From: Actinomycetota bacterium
GTDB taxonomy: Bacteria; Actinomycetota; Actinomycetes; Actinomycetales; Microbacteriaceae
NCBI GenBank assembly: GCA_041181745.1
Contig: JBEGOY010000056.1
Location: 5,918-69,917, forward strand
Reading direction: 5' to 3'
Length of the DNA: 64,000 nucleotides
Part shown: piece by piece, positions 49,968-61,198 of the stretch
Layout: the number at the start of each line of letters is the position of its first letter
Position numbering within the stretch: position 1 is the stretch's first letter
Translations under genes and position numbers: made by a program
Notes under the pieces: model-generated
Databases searched by the model: none
Told to the model about the DNA's origin: nothing
The model's input: the letters and a program-made list of their open reading frames with translations, nothing else

Positions 49968-50434
49968 TGCGTTCTGGGCGCCGTTTGGCCGTCGACGTGG
50001 GCAAAGTTCGCGTTGGATTGGCCATCTCTGACTTTCATGCAATTCTTGCCTCGGGCTTAGCAACCATTGCCCGCGCAGAGAGCGATTCAGAAACGGCAAA
50101 ACAAGTTCTGAATGCGCTTCAGGGCGAAGAGATTATTGAGATCTACGTTGGATTACCGCTGAATCTTTCTGGTGCAGAAACTGCATCAACCGCAGATGCG
50201 TTGAGCATCGCCAAGGCCCTTTCAGAAATCGCTGCAGTTGAAGTTCGCCTAATCGACGAGCGCCTGACCACAGTTTCGGCCACTTCGGCTCTTCAGGCTT
50301 CGGGCAAGAATTCCAAACAATCGCGGCCGATTATTGATCAGGTTGCTGCCACCGTTATCTTGGAACAAGCACTCGAGTTAGAAAAAGCGAGTGGCGCCCA
50401 ACCCGGCAAGAGTCTGGAGCAACTTAATGACTAA
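49967..50434 (+). CDS. ruvX: RuvX/YqgF family nuclease
   Basis: LAVDVGKVRVGLAISD, DERLTT and IDQVAA. Confidence 0.93.
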   Translation: MRSGRRLAVDVGKVRVGLAISDFHAILASGLATIARAESDSETAKQVLNALQGEEIIEIYVGLPLNLSGAETASTADALSIAKALSEIAAVEVRLIDERLTTVSATSALQASGKNSKQSRPIIDQVAATVILEQALELEKASGAQPGKSLEQLND

Positions 50435-51479
50435 GCGAGTGTTCGTTCGTCGCCGCTTAGCTGCGCTTCTTGCTGTGTTGCTGATTGTTGCAGTGGGCGC
50501 CGGCGTTGCCTACATCAATCGTGGTGTGCTGCGTGCAGGTTTCAATCAACTCCTCGGCAATGACTACTCCGGCCCAGGCGTCTCCGATGTCAAATTCGTA
50601 GTTAATTCCGGGGATGCCGGTGAGACCATTGCGCGCAATCTTGTTGCTGCCGAAATCACCAAAGATTTTCGAGTGACCTATCAACTCATTCTTGATTTGA
50701 ATCCGACATTTTATCCAGGCACTTTCACGATGAAGACGCACATGACATCAGCTGCGGCAATCGCAGTCTTGACAGACAAAAATTCGGCCTCACTCGAGCG
50801 CGTTGTAATTAAAGAAGGTTTGCGCGCAAGCAATATATTCGAGGTACTTAGCGAGCACACCGGCATAGAAACCGCGCAATTCCAGCAATACTTCAAGCAG
50901 CCAACCGAGTTTGGATTGAGTGCAAAACTACCGAGCATCGAGGGCTACCTGTTCCCGGCCACCTACACGTTTGTTCCAGGCTCATCTGCCAAACAAATTT
51001 TGCAGGTAATGGTTGATCGAATGCAACAAGAGCTGGATAAATTCGGCGTCTCGGCCAATAAAGCCAACCGAGTAATAACGCTTGCTTCGGTGGTGCAAAA
51101 AGAGGCACGCATCCAAAGTGATTTCTATAAAGTATCGGCAACCTTTTTAAACCGAATTAAAGTCGGCATGCGTTTGCAATCTGACGCCACAGTGAGCTAC
51201 GGCGTGAATGGTTCAACGGTTAGCACAAGCGCTGCCGATCGAGCTAACGACAATCCCTGGAACACCTACCTGCACGATGGTTTGCCAATTGCACCGATTA
51301 GCGCCCCAGGTGCTCTGGCCATCGATGCCGCCTTGAATCCGGCGACTGGAAAGTGGTTGTATTTTTGCACCATAAACTTAGAGACTGGTGAAACAGTTTT
51401 CAGCAACACCTATGCCGAGCACGCCAAGGCAGTTGCGCTTTGGCAAGCGTGGATGAAAGAGCACCCCGGTTATGAGTAA
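50427..51479 (+). CDS. mltG: Endolytic transglycosylase MltG
   Basis: EGYLFPATY, ASVVQKE, LQSDAT and NTY...GLPIAPI. Confidence 0.93.
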   Translation: MTKRVFVRRRLAALLAVLLIVAVGAGVAYINRGVLRAGFNQLLGNDYSGPGVSDVKFVVNSGDAGETIARNLVAAEITKDFRVTYQLILDLNPTFYPGTFTMKTHMTSAAAIAVLTDKNSASLERVVIKEGLRASNIFEVLSEHTGIETAQFQQYFKQPTEFGLSAKLPSIEGYLFPATYTFVPGSSAKQILQVMVDRMQQELDKFGVSANKANRVITLASVVQKEARIQSDFYKVSATFLNRIKVGMRLQSDATVSYGVNGSTVSTSAADRANDNPWNTYLHDGLPIAPISAPGALAIDAALNPATGKWLYFCTINLETGETVFSNTYAEHAKAVALWQAWMKEHPGYE

Positions 51480-52323
51480 GAAATTTGCCGTTTTAGGTTC
51501 ACCGATAGATCACTCAAAGTCACCCGCAATTCACCTAGCTGCATATCGAGTGCTTGGTGAAAATTGGGAATACGGCCGAGCCGAAGTTAAGAAGGGCGCC
51601 CTTCGAACTTTCATCGCAGCCTTGCAACAGCAATGGGATGGTTTCAGCGTCACCGCTCCGCTCAAGGAGGAAGCATTTCGGTTTGCAGATCAGGTTGATG
51701 AATTAGCAACCGCTACCAATGCGGTTAATACTCTTGAGCACCGCGAAGACGGAACCTGGTTTGGCTACAACACCGATGTCTTTGGAATTATCCAAGCTGT
51801 TCGGCAGGTGCAACAGTCTGTGCCAGACCGCGCAGTGGTGATTGGTTCAGGTGCAACCGCTACCTCGGCAATAGCGGCCATTGCCAAAATGAACCCGAGC
51901 TGCCAGGTTTTAGTCTCAGCGCGAAACGCAAAAACCCGCAAACAGGCAATCCTGTTCGCTAAATCTCTGGGTCTCAAAGCTAAACGTTCCTGGAATCTTT
52001 CCAATTCAATTTCCAACGCGCAATTAACCATCAGCACATTGCCGGCACACGCCATGGATGAATCCGCCGAACGATTGCAGCGCTTGGAGCTCTGGAAACC
52101 AGGAGGCATGTTGTTAGACGTGGCTTATAACCCTTGGCCTAGCAAATTGGCGGCAGTCTTTAGTTCAAAGGGTGCGCCGGTTGCCAGCGGTCTTGAAATG
52201 CTTATTTGGCAGGCCATCGTTCAAATTCGAATCTTCAAATTCTCGAACCCCACTCAAGAGCTACCTAATGAAGTAGCGATCATTGAAGCAATGCGCATCG
52301 CAGCCGGCACCGCAACATCCTAA
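51472..52323 (+). CDS. aroE: Shikimate dehydrogenase
   Basis: GSPIDHSKSP, SVTAPLK, AVNT, NTD and GLEML. Confidence 0.92.
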   Translation: MSKKFAVLGSPIDHSKSPAIHLAAYRVLGENWEYGRAEVKKGALRTFIAALQQQWDGFSVTAPLKEEAFRFADQVDELATATNAVNTLEHREDGTWFGYNTDVFGIIQAVRQVQQSVPDRAVVIGSGATATSAIAAIAKMNPSCQVLVSARNAKTRKQAILFAKSLGLKAKRSWNLSNSISNAQLTISTLPAHAMDESAERLQRLELWKPGGMLLDVAYNPWPSKLAAVFSSKGAPVASGLEMLIWQAIVQIRIFKFSNPTQELPNEVAIIEAMRIAAGTATS

Positions 52324-52375
52324 GTAATTCGCCAACCTCACAGGCATCGCTTGGGTCTGTGAGAGAATTGCAGGC

Positions 52376-53587
52376 ATGTTACGTTGGATCACAGCAGGAG
52401 AGTCGCACGGCCCTGAGCTCGTTGCCGTTCTAGAAGGCCTGCCAGCCGGAACCCCAATCACCACTGCCGAGGTGCAAGACGCTCTTGCCCGCCGCCGCCT
52501 GGGCTATGGTCGCGGTGCTCGCATGAAGTTTGAGCAAGACGAGGTTTCGCTATCGGGTGGTGTTCGCCACGGTCTAACAATGGGCGGGCCGGTTGCCATT
52601 ACCGTTGCCAACACTGAGTGGCCAAAATGGCAAGACGTGATGTCTGCTGATCCGGTGCCCGAAGAAAAACTTTCTGGAGCACGAGCCGAGGCGCTAACTC
52701 GACCAAGACCTGGTCACGCCGATTTCACCGGAATGCAGAAGTATGGCTTTCTTGACAGCCGCCCGGTGCTCGAGCGTGCAAGTGCACGAGAAACTGCGGC
52801 ACGTGTTGCTCTGGGCGCAGTTGCAGCAAAGTTTTTGAATGAACTCGGTATCTTTTTGGTGACTCACACAGTTGGCATCGGCCCAGTAATGTCGCCAGCC
52901 GACGCGGCATTGCCTACGCCCCAAGATGTTGCCAAGCTAGATGAAGATCCAATGCGCTGTTTTAACGCGGATGTCTCTGCCTTGATGATTGCCGAAGTTG
53001 ATGAGTGTCACAAAGATGGCGACACTCTTGGCGGTGTCGTTGAAACTTTGGTTTATGGACTTCCACCGGGCCTCGGCAGTTTTGTTCACTGGGATCGCCG
53101 TTTGGATTCACAGCTTGCCGGTGCACTCATGGGCATCCAGGCCATCAAAGGTGTTGAAGTCGGGGATGGTTTTGAGACCGCCCGCCGACGCGGTTCGGTT
53201 GCACACGACGAAATCGAACGCGACAGCAACGGTGTTGTGCACCGTCTTACTGATCGTGCCGGCGGCATCGAAGGTGGAATGAGCAATGGCGAAATTCTGC
53301 GCGTGCGCGCAGCCATGAAGCCGATCTCAACAATTCCAAAAGCGCTGTCAACAATTGATGTTGCGACCGGTGACGCTGCAAAGGCTCATCACCAGAGATC
53401 CGACGTGTGTGCCGTTCCAGCTGCCGGTGTAGTTGCCGAAGCAATGGTTGCCCTCGTGCTGGCAAATTCTGTGCTTGAAAAATTTGGTGGTGACTCAGTT
53501 GCCGAAACCAAGCGCAATTTAAAGAGTTACCTAGAAAACATTCCAGCTGTGTTGTCTTCAACTGACTCAACTTCTTGGCGTGCCTAG
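52376..53587 (+). CDS. aroC: Chorismate synthase
   Basis: [27 protein letters not shown] and RSD. Confidence 0.97.
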   Translation: MLRWITAGESHGPELVAVLEGLPAGTPITTAEVQDALARRRLGYGRGARMKFEQDEVSLSGGVRHGLTMGGPVAITVANTEWPKWQDVMSADPVPEEKLSGARAEALTRPRPGHADFTGMQKYGFLDSRPVLERASARETAARVALGAVAAKFLNELGIFLVTHTVGIGPVMSPADAALPTPQDVAKLDEDPMRCFNADVSALMIAEVDECHKDGDTLGGVVETLVYGLPPGLGSFVHWDRRLDSQLAGALMGIQAIKGVEVGDGFETARRRGSVAHDEIERDSNGVVHRLTDRAGGIEGGMSNGEILRVRAAMKPISTIPKALSTIDVATGDAAKAHHQRSDVCAVPAAGVVAEAMVALVLANSVLEKFGGDSVAETKRNLKSYLENIPAVLSSTDSTSWRA

Positions 53588-54080
53588 CAAGAGCGAGCTT
53601 TTGGTTTTAGTCGGCCCAATGGGAGTCGGCAAAACCACAGTCGGCCGCAAACTCGCCAAGGCACTCAAGGTTCCGTTCATCGATACCGATGCGCTGATTG
53701 TTGATCAACACGGTGAAATTGCTGCCTACTTCGAGGCCCACGGTGAGCCGGCTTTCCGCGAGGTAGAGCATGAGGCACTGGCGAAGGCTTTAGCTGCGCC
53801 TGCCGTTGTAGCAACCGGTGGCGGGGCAGTGCTGCTCGAAAAAAATCAACAACTCCTAAAGGGTGCCACGGTGATTTATCTATCCACGGATGGCAAGCAC
53901 ATCGGATCACGTTTGAAGAATGGCAATCGACCGCTGATTAAATCTGGGGTTGATGACTGGAAGCGCATCTATAACGAACGCAAACCTATTTATGAAAAAG
54001 TAGCGGATCTAGAAATTGACACGGCTGGGCAATCTTTGAACACCACGATTTCAGAAATTCGCGAGAAACTAGGTATCTAA
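53580..54080 (+). CDS. aroK: Shikimate kinase
   Basis: [20 protein letters not shown] and RPL. Confidence 0.95.
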   Translation: MPSKSELLVLVGPMGVGKTTVGRKLAKALKVPFIDTDALIVDQHGEIAAYFEAHGEPAFREVEHEALAKALAAPAVVATGGGAVLLEKNQQLLKGATVIYLSTDGKHIGSRLKNGNRPLIKSGVDDWKRIYNERKPIYEKVADLEIDTAGQSLNTTISEIREKLGI

Positions 54081-55162
54081 TGTCTGATAAAACAGTGATT
54101 CAAGTTTCTGGGGATAGCCCCTACTCGGTTGTCATCGGTCGCGCTCTGCTAGGCGATGTTGCCGGCGCGCTTGGCAAATCAGTTAGCAAAGTTTTGATCG
54201 TTCACCCGGTTGGCTTATCGCCAAGCGCTGAGCTGCTTCGCGAAACTCTGGTCGAGGCCGGTTATGAGGCAATTCTCGCCGGTGTGCCCGATAGTGAAGA
54301 CGCTAAACGCGTTGAAGTTGCGGCCTTCTGCTGGGGCATTATGGGTCAGGCAGATTTCACACGCACTGATGCAGTGATTGGTTTTGGTGGTGGCTCAACC
54401 ACAGACCTAGCTGGTTTCGTTGCGGCTACGTGGTTGCGCGGTGTGAAGTTGATCCAAGTGCCAACCACTTTGCTGGGCATGGTTGATGCGGCAATCGGTG
54501 GCAAGACCGCAATCAATACCGCAGAAGGCAAAAATCTGGTTGGTGTTTTTCACGCTCCAGCGGCAGTGATTATTGATATTGATACTTTGCAGAGCCTGCC
54601 ACGAAACGAAATCTTGGCCGGCTTTGGTGAGGTAGTGAAATACGGCTTCATTGCAGACGAGAAAATTTTGCAACTCATTGAAGCCGATGTTGATGTTGCT
54701 ACTGATCCGACATCCGAGGTTTTTCAAGAAATCATTGAACGCTCGGTTGCCATCAAGGCGCGTGTGGTGGGCGAGGACTTTAAAGAATCTGGGCTGCGCG
54801 AGATTTTGAACTATGGCCACACCCTCGGTCACGCAATTGAGCACGCCGAAAGATACAAGTGGCGTCACGGTGCGGCCATTGCGATTGGCATGGTGTTCGT
54901 CGCAGAACTTGCTCGGCTTGCGGGCCGCTTGAGCGATGCCGCCGTAGATCGACACCGAAGTGTGCTGAAGCTCTTGGGGTTGCCAACAACCTATCCGGCC
55001 GGCAAGTGGGGTCAATTGCAAGAGACTATGCAGCGCGATAAAAAAACCCGTGCCGGCACCCTGCGTTTTGTGGTGCTCGATGACATTGCAAAGCCAACCA
55101 TCATGACGGCTCCGGCAATCGAACTTTTGCACGCGGCCTTCCAAGAGATTACTGAAGGCTAG
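54080..55162 (+). CDS. aroB: 3-dehydroquinate synthase
   Basis: GGGSTTDLAG, PTTLLGMVDAAIGGKT, LNYGHTLGHAIE and DKK. Confidence 0.96.
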   Translation: MSDKTVIQVSGDSPYSVVIGRALLGDVAGALGKSVSKVLIVHPVGLSPSAELLRETLVEAGYEAILAGVPDSEDAKRVEVAAFCWGIMGQADFTRTDAVIGFGGGSTTDLAGFVAATWLRGVKLIQVPTTLLGMVDAAIGGKTAINTAEGKNLVGVFHAPAAVIIDIDTLQSLPRNEILAGFGEVVKYGFIADEKILQLIEADVDVATDPTSEVFQEIIERSVAIKARVVGEDFKESGLREILNYGHTLGHAIEHAERYKWRHGAAIAIGMVFVAELARLAGRLSDAAVDRHRSVLKLLGLPTTYPAGKWGQLQETMQRDKKTRAGTLRFVVLDDIAKPTIMTAPAIELLHAAFQEITEG

Positions 55163-55177
55163 CGGTAACCTTAGGTT

Positions 55178-55615
55178 ATGCAGACTGTATTGGTTTTGAA
55201 CGGCCCGAATCTTGGTCGCCTGGGCGCTCGCGAGCCTGAAATCTATGGAGCGACTGACTATGCCGGTTTGGTTGCCGCCCTTGAGACTCACGCAGCAGCT
55301 GCCGGAATCTCGGTTGACGTTCGCCAAACCGATAGCGAAGCAGAGCTAATTTCTTGGCTGCATGAAGCGGTTGACCGCCAAATGGACGTGGTTTTGAATC
55401 CAGCGGCTTTCACTCACTACTCCTACGCCGTGCGTGACGCTGCCGTGCAAATTACCAAATCGGGCAAGCGTCTGATCGAAGTTCACCTAAGCAACCCTCA
55501 CAGCCGCGAAGAATTTCGCCACACCAGCGTGATTTCGGCTGTGGCCACCGGATACATCGCCGGTTTTGGTGTGAATTCATACCTGCTTGCCTTGACTCAA
55601 CTGGCAACAAAGTAA
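55178..55615 (+). CDS. aroQ: Type II 3-dehydroquinate dehydratase
   Basis: [24 protein letters not shown] and EVHLSN. Confidence 0.96.
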   Translation: MQTVLVLNGPNLGRLGAREPEIYGATDYAGLVAALETHAAAAGISVDVRQTDSEAELISWLHEAVDRQMDVVLNPAAFTHYSYAVRDAAVQITKSGKRLIEVHLSNPHSREEFRHTSVISAVATGYIAGFGVNSYLLALTQLATK

Positions 55616-55644
55616 TAGCCGTCTACTAGACTTAACCCAGTAAA

Positions 55645-55667
55645 TGCGGCTTGGACCGCCTTTTTTT
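55645..55667 (+). terminator. Weak hairpin plus U7 tract between aroQ and efp
   Basis: GCGG-CTTGGA-CCGC-C-TTTTTTT. Confidence 0.4.
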
Positions 55668-55708
55668 ATGGATGAAACCCCGAACATCGAAATGAGTGAG
55701 TGATTGTC

Positions 55709-56272
55709 ATGGCAACTTCAAACGACTTGAAGAACGGCATGGTTCTAAACATCGAAGGTCAGCTTTGGGCTGTCGTCGAATTCCAGCACGTAAAGCCTGG
55801 CAAGGGTGCTGCGTTTGTGCGTTCAAAGCTTAAGAACGTAATGACCGGCAAGGTTGTCGACAAGACTTTCAACGCAGGCGTCAAGGTTGAGACCGCAAAC
55901 GTCGACAAGCGAAACATGACCTATCTTTACAATGATGGCGAAGGCTTCATTTTCATGGATGGCGAGACCTTTGACCAGGTAAGCCTGAATGATGCAACCG
56001 TTGGCGATGCCAAGAACTACCTGCTAGAGAACCAAGAAGCAGTAGTAGCAATGCACGAAGGCAACCCAATCTACGTTGAACTACCAGCATCTGTTGTGCT
56101 TGAAGTCACATACACCGAGCCTGGTCTTCAGGGTGACCGCTCAAGCGGTGGCACCAAGCCAGCAACGGTTGAAACCGGTTTGCAGATTCAGGTTCCGCTA
56201 TTTCTTGAGAATGGCACCAAGGTTCGTGTTGACACCCGCACCGGTGACTACCTCGGTCGAGTAACCGACTAA
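55709..56272 (+). CDS. efp: Elongation factor P
   Basis: HVKPGKG, EPGLQGD and VPLF...VDTRTG.Y. Confidence 0.97.
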   Translation: MATSNDLKNGMVLNIEGQLWAVVEFQHVKPGKGAAFVRSKLKNVMTGKVVDKTFNAGVKVETANVDKRNMTYLYNDGEGFIFMDGETFDQVSLNDATVGDAKNYLLENQEAVVAMHEGNPIYVELPASVVLEVTYTEPGLQGDRSSGGTKPATVETGLQIQVPLFLENGTKVRVDTRTGDYLGRVTD

Positions 56273-56276
56273 TCCT

Positions 56277-56696
56277 TTGAGCGCACGCACTAAAGCACGC
56301 AAGCGCGCAGTGGACGCGGTTTTCGCGGCTGACCTGCGCAAGATTTCTCCGCTGACTCTAATTGCAGAGACGGCAGAGCTGACCGCTGATCGTCAAAATC
56401 AGGATGCCATTTTTGGTTACGCCAAAGAGATAGTGCAGGGGATTGTTGACAATCACAACGAGATTGACGACCTGCTAGACACCTATTCACAGGGTTGGGC
56501 TATTGACCGCATGCCAAATGTCGACCGCGCCATTCTGCGTGTTGCGGTCTGGGAGATCATCTTCAACGATGATGTGCCTGATGCCGTAGCCATTAACGAA
56601 GCTGTTGAGATGGCCAAAGACCTGTCAACGGATGAATCCGGGGCCTTTATCAATGGCTTGCTCACCAGAATCTCGGCCACAAAGGCTGCGCAGTAG
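56277..56696 (+). CDS. nusB: Transcription antitermination factor NusB
   Basis: ARTKARKRA, DRAILR, AINEAVEMAK and FINGLL. Confidence 0.95.
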   Translation: MSARTKARKRAVDAVFAADLRKISPLTLIAETAELTADRQNQDAIFGYAKEIVQGIVDNHNEIDDLLDTYSQGWAIDRMPNVDRAILRVAVWEIIFNDDVPDAVAINEAVEMAKDLSTDESGAFINGLLTRISATKAAQ

Positions 56697-56725
56697 CCAC
56701 TGGGCCTGTTAGAGTAACCACAACA

Positions 56726-56762
56726 TCCTTTAAAGGCCGTCCAGAGAGACGGAGAAGGAGGT
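56726..56762 (+). promoter_or_regulatory. PyrR-binding RNA element sequestering the pyrR Shine-Dalgarno
   Basis: TCCTTTAA...CCGTCCAGAGAGACGG...AAGGA resembles the UUUAA plus UCCNGNGAG PyrR loop. The lower stem pairs with the SD. -10 TAGAGT at 56710-56715. Confidence 0.75.
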
Positions 56763-56766
56763 GGGC

Positions 56767-57321
56767 GTGTCTTCACGCACCGTCTTGAGCAGCGACGACA
56801 TCGATCGCGCAGTTACTCGCATCGCTCACGAGATTCTCGAAGCCAACACTGCACTGCAGAAGAGTGGCACAGCAAACTTAGTAATTTTGGGCATTCCAAC
56901 CCGTGGCGTAGTTCTAGCCGATCGAATCGTGAAGGTAATTGAGAAAGCCGAACCTGGCGTAGATCGCGAACAACTTCTTGGCCGCCTCGACATCACTATG
57001 TATCGCGATGATCTTGCTTCAAATCCAACTCGCAGTGTGACCGAAACGCACATCCCAAGCCAAGGAATCGATGACAAGGTTGTTGTGCTGGTCGACGATG
57101 TGCTGTTCAGCGGGCGAACCATTCGAGCTGCTCTGGATGCCTTGAATGATTACGGTCGTCCGCGCGCTGTTCGCTTGGCGGTATTGGTAGATCGTGGTCA
57201 CCGAGAGCTGCCGATTCGCGCAGACTTTGTTGGCAAGAACCTGCCTACTGCTCGCGAGGAACGCATCCGTGTGCAACTAACCGAGGCCGATGGCCAAAAC
57301 GGCGTGGTGATCGAGTCATGA
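56767..57321 (+). CDS. pyrR: Pyrimidine operon regulator / uracil phosphoribosyltransferase PyrR
   Basis: [33 protein letters not shown] and DRGHRELPI. Confidence 0.96.
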   Translation: MSSRTVLSSDDIDRAVTRIAHEILEANTALQKSGTANLVILGIPTRGVVLADRIVKVIEKAEPGVDREQLLGRLDITMYRDDLASNPTRSVTETHIPSQGIDDKVVVLVDDVLFSGRTIRAALDALNDYGRPRAVRLAVLVDRGHRELPIRADFVGKNLPTAREERIRVQLTEADGQNGVVIES

Positions 57322-58286
57322 GCAACTTGAAGAACCTGCTTTCTGCTGCAGATCTTGACCGCGATTTCGCGATTCACCTTTTGGATGTTGCCGAGGGAAT
57401 GGCCGACGTCAATGACCGCGAGATTAAGAAACTGCCGACTCTGCGCGGCAAGACGGTCGTGAACCTATTCTTCGAAGATTCGACTCGCACTCGCATTTCA
57501 TTTGAATTAGCCGCAAAGCGGTTGTCGGCAGACGTAATCAATTTCTCTGCCAAGGGTTCAAGTGTGTCTAAGGGTGAAAGCCTCAAAGATACTGCGCAAA
57601 CCCTAGAGGCCATGGGCGCCGACGCAGTGGTTATTCGCCACCATGCATCCGGCGCAGCGAATGTCTTGGCTCATAGCGGCTGGATCAACGGGGCAATTGT
57701 TAACGCTGGAGATGGCACTCACGAGCACCCGACCCAAGCACTTCTAGATGCATTCACAATGCGCAAGCGAATTCACGGTACTGCTTCGGCGGGCAAAGGC
57801 TTAGACGGTGTCAAGGTCGCAATCACGGGTGATGTTTTGCACTCCAGGGTTGCGCGATCAAATCTGCTCTTGCTAAATACTCTTGGGGCAGAGGTGCACT
57901 TTGTAGCGCCGCCAACTTTGTTGCCTGCCAACTCAAGCAACTGGAATGCAAAGTTGCATTACAGCCTTGATGAAGTTATCGATAACGAGACACCAGATGT
58001 GCTGATGATGCTTCGCGTGCAAACTGAGCGAATGAATGCTTCCTATTTTCCGAGTGAGCGAGAGTATTCACGCATTTGGGGTTTGAACGGCGAACGACTG
58101 CACCGACTAAAAGACTCGGCAATAGTGATGCACCCAGGTCCAATGAACCGCGGGCTGGAAATCGACGCAGTATCGGCCGACTCTGCCAAATCCACCGTTC
58201 TTGAACAGGTAGCCAATGGCGTTTCAGTGCGCATGGCTGTTTTGTTCACACTGCTTTCGGGCGAAAGGGCCAACGATGTCAACTAA
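57318..58286 (+). CDS. pyrB: Aspartate carbamoyltransferase
   Basis: [23 protein letters not shown] and HPGP. Confidence 0.97.
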   Translation: MSNLKNLLSAADLDRDFAIHLLDVAEGMADVNDREIKKLPTLRGKTVVNLFFEDSTRTRISFELAAKRLSADVINFSAKGSSVSKGESLKDTAQTLEAMGADAVVIRHHASGAANVLAHSGWINGAIVNAGDGTHEHPTQALLDAFTMRKRIHGTASAGKGLDGVKVAITGDVLHSRVARSNLLLLNTLGAEVHFVAPPTLLPANSSNWNAKLHYSLDEVIDNETPDVLMMLRVQTERMNASYFPSEREYSRIWGLNGERLHRLKDSAIVMHPGPMNRGLEIDAVSADSAKSTVLEQVANGVSVRMAVLFTLLSGERANDVN

Positions 58287-59571
58287 TTATGTTTTGAAAA
58301 ATGCCACATTGGTCGATGGCGACGTTGCCGACATTGCCATTAGCGGCGACAAAATTTCTGCGATTGGCAAGGGTCTAACCGGCGGTGAAGAAATTGATTG
58401 CACTGGTTTGATCGCCTTGCCAGGGTTCGTTGATCTGCACACTCACTTGCGTGAACCAGGGTTTGAACAAAGTGAAACAGTTTTGACCGGAACCCAGGCC
58501 GCAGCGGTCGGTGGGTTCATTGCAGTTCACGCCATGGCGAATACCTCGCCAGTAGCTGATACCGCAGGTGTAGTTGAGCAAGTGGCAACCCTAGGGCGCG
58601 AAGCAGGTTATGCAGATGTCTACCCAATTGGTGCCGTAACTGTCGGCCTAGATGGCAAACAAATGGCCGAACTGGGTGCAATGGCAAATTCCAAAGCCAA
58701 GGTTCGCGTCTTTTCTGATGATGGCAAGTGCGTGCATGATCCGGTGATTATGCGACGCGCTCTTGAATATGTGAAAGCATTCGATGGCGTAATCGCACAG
58801 CATGCACAAGAGCCTCGACTAACCGAGGGTGCACAAATGAACGAAGGGGCAGTCTCGGCTGAACTTGGTTTAGCTGGTTGGCCTTCAGTCGCCGAGGAAT
58901 CAATCATCGCTCGCGATGTTTTGCTAGCCGAACACGTTGGTTCGAGAGTTCACATTTGTCATCTTTCTACCGCGGGTTCGGTGGAGATTATCCGTTGGGC
59001 AAAGGCTCGAGGCATCAATGTGACTGCAGAAGTTACGCCGCATCACCTTTTGCTCACCGACGAGTTGGTGCGCTCTTACGACGCGGTCTACAAAGTGAAT
59101 CCGCCACTTCGAACACTCAAAGACGTGCTGGCGCTGCGCGAGGCATTGGTTGATGGCACCATCGACATCATCGCTACAGACCATGCACCGCACCCGATTG
59201 AAGCAAAGGACTGCGAATGGTCGGCTGCTGCTTTTGGAATGCTGGGTCTTGAAACTGCAGCTTCGATTGCGCAGGAAGTTCTAATTGAAAGCGGCAAATC
59301 TAGCTGGGCGCGTCTGGCTCAGGTGCTGTCAACAAATCCAGCGCAAATTGCTCGTGACGAAAATGCTGGTCAACCGATTGAAGTTGGTTCAATAGCAAAC
59401 ATTGCCTTGGTTGATGCAACTGCCAAGCGCACCATCGTGGCCGAAGGCGCGTCAAAGTCTAAAAATTCACCATACGTGGGCATGCAATTGCCGGGGCGAG
59501 TGAAGCACACAATTTACCGCGGATACTTCACCGTTCGTGACGGCAAACTTGCCGCAAAGGGGCGTGCCTAA
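58276..59571 (+). CDS. pyrC: Dihydroorotase
   Basis: [17 protein letters not shown] and ATDHAPH. Confidence 0.95.
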   Translation: MSTNYVLKNATLVDGDVADIAISGDKISAIGKGLTGGEEIDCTGLIALPGFVDLHTHLREPGFEQSETVLTGTQAAAVGGFIAVHAMANTSPVADTAGVVEQVATLGREAGYADVYPIGAVTVGLDGKQMAELGAMANSKAKVRVFSDDGKCVHDPVIMRRALEYVKAFDGVIAQHAQEPRLTEGAQMNEGAVSAELGLAGWPSVAEESIIARDVLLAEHVGSRVHICHLSTAGSVEIIRWAKARGINVTAEVTPHHLLLTDELVRSYDAVYKVNPPLRTLKDVLALREALVDGTIDIIATDHAPHPIEAKDCEWSAAAFGMLGLETAASIAQEVLIESGKSSWARLAQVLSTNPAQIARDENAGQPIEVGSIANIALVDATAKRTIVAEGASKSKNSPYVGMQLPGRVKHTIYRGYFTVRDGKLAAKGRA

Positions 59572-60071
59572 TGACTAAGAGCACGATGGCGCTAATCAGC
59601 GTTGTAATTGTGGTTGGATTTGCCGGTCTTGCCGTTAGATCCTGGTTGCGTCGCAAGAGTCAGCAGTCAGCTAGTTTTTCTAGACCCCTTGAGGCACTCG
59701 AATTTTTTGGCGAGCAACTTTGCGAAGCAAATGGTTTTTACGTTGCTACAACCTATGCCCAAAACCTGCTTGAACGAATTGCGGCGTATGGTCTTGGTGC
59801 CCGTGGTCACGCAAAAGTATTTGTGTTCACTGAAGGCATTTTGATTGTGCGCACCGGCGAAGTGCCACTTGCGATCGATAAGGCTTCAGTTATTCGAGTC
59901 GGCACTAACCAGGTGGTAATCGATCGTGCGGTTGAACCAGGCGGACTAATTTCTATTGAATGGCAACATGAGCAATCGCAGCTTGCCACTCACTTGCGAA
60001 TTGTTGACGAAAAGCAACGTCGTGCAATTTTGAATTCACTAATGAGCATCACCGGAGAGGCAACAAAATGA
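59571..60071 (+). CDS. Conserved actinobacterial membrane-anchored protein of the pyr operon
   Basis: N-terminal TM and YVATT...LERI...GLG.RG motif, located between pyrC and carA. Confidence 0.8.
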   Translation: MTKSTMALISVVIVVGFAGLAVRSWLRRKSQQSASFSRPLEALEFFGEQLCEANGFYVATTYAQNLLERIAAYGLGARGHAKVFVFTEGILIVRTGEVPLAIDKASVIRVGTNQVVIDRAVEPGGLISIEWQHEQSQLATHLRIVDEKQRRAILNSLMSITGEATK

Positions 60072-61198
60072 CCCAAGCGCTTTTGGTTTTAGAAGACGGG
60101 CGAGTATTTCACGGCAAGTCCTATGGTGCAGTCGGCTCATCCTTGGGTGAAATCGTTTTTGCCACTGGCATGACTGGCTACCAAGAAACCCTGACCGACC
60201 CTTCATATGCGGGACAGATTGTTGTTCAGACGGCACCACACATTGGCAACACCGGTGTAAACGCGCGCGATGAAGAGTCAAGCAAGGTTTGGGTTGCTGG
60301 TTATGTTGTTCGTGACCCTAGCCGAATCGTTTCAAATTTTCGGGCCGAGGCTAGCCTCGACGAAGAGCTCGCAAAATATTCAATTGTTGGCATCTCGGGC
60401 GTCGACACCCGAGCACTTACTCGTCACCTGCGCTCGGCCGGATCAATGAGAGCCGGCGTTTTTTCTGGCGATGCTGCCAAAAAACCTATCGAAGAGCTTC
60501 TGGCTCAGGTTACGGGTGCGGCCAAGATGAAGGGCCTTTCACTCAGCGACGTAGTGACCACCAGCGAAAACTATTCAGTGGCGGCAGAGGGTCAAAAAGT
60601 GGGCAAGGTTGCCATCCTTGATTTAGGCATCAAGAAATCCACCATTGAACACATGACGGCACGCGGCCTAGACGTGGTGGTTATGCCGGCAAAGTCCGAC
60701 GCCGAGACTATTTTGCGTGAACAACCTGATGCCGTTTTCTATTCAAATGGCCCAGGTGATCCAGAAGCTGCCGCAGGCCAGGTAGAAGTTCTTCAGCAAA
60801 TTCTCAAACAGAAGATTCCGTTCTTCGGAATTTGCTTCGGCAACCAACTTTTGGGCCGAGCACTTGGTTTCGATACTTATAAGTTGCCTTTCGGTCACCG
60901 TGGCATCAACCAGCCTGTGCTCGATCGCCGAACTGGTCGCGTTGAGGTCACCGCGCACAACCATGGTTTCGCCGTAAAGGTTGATGGTGGGCCAGAAGTG
61001 CAGAGTCCGGCTGGTTTCGGTCGCGTGCAGGTGAGTCACGTTTCTTTGAACGATGACTGCGTCGAAGGTCTTGAATGCCTCGACATTCCTGCATTCTCGG
61101 TTCAATATCACCCAGAGGCGGCAGCAGGTCCGCACGATTCAAATTATCTTTTCGACCGCTTGGTTGAACTAGTCAAGAACAACAAGGTGGCCAAGTAA
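60068..61198 (+). CDS. carA: Carbamoyl-phosphate synthase small subunit
   Basis: [26 protein letters not shown] and QYHPE. Confidence 0.97.
   Translation: MTQALLVLEDGRVFHGKSYGAVGSSLGEIVFATGMTGYQETLTDPSYAGQIVVQTAPHIGNTGVNARDEESSKVWVAGYVVRDPSRIVSNFRAEASLDEELAKYSIVGISGVDTRALTRHLRSAGSMRAGVFSGDAAKKPIEELLAQVTGAAKMKGLSLSDVVTTSENYSVAAEGQKVGKVAILDLGIKKSTIEHMTARGLDVVVMPAKSDAETILREQPDAVFYSNGPGDPEAAAGQVEVLQQILKQKIPFFGICFGNQLLGRALGFDTYKLPFGHRGINQPVLDRRTGRVEVTAHNHGFAVKVDGGPEVQSPAGFGRVQVSHVSLNDDCVEGLECLDIPAFSVQYHPEAAAGPHDSNYLFDRLVELVKNNKVAK

Noticed and set aside
54407-55327. 306-aa antisense ORF
   Set aside because: It lies opposite well-conserved aroB/aroQ and has no recognisable motifs.
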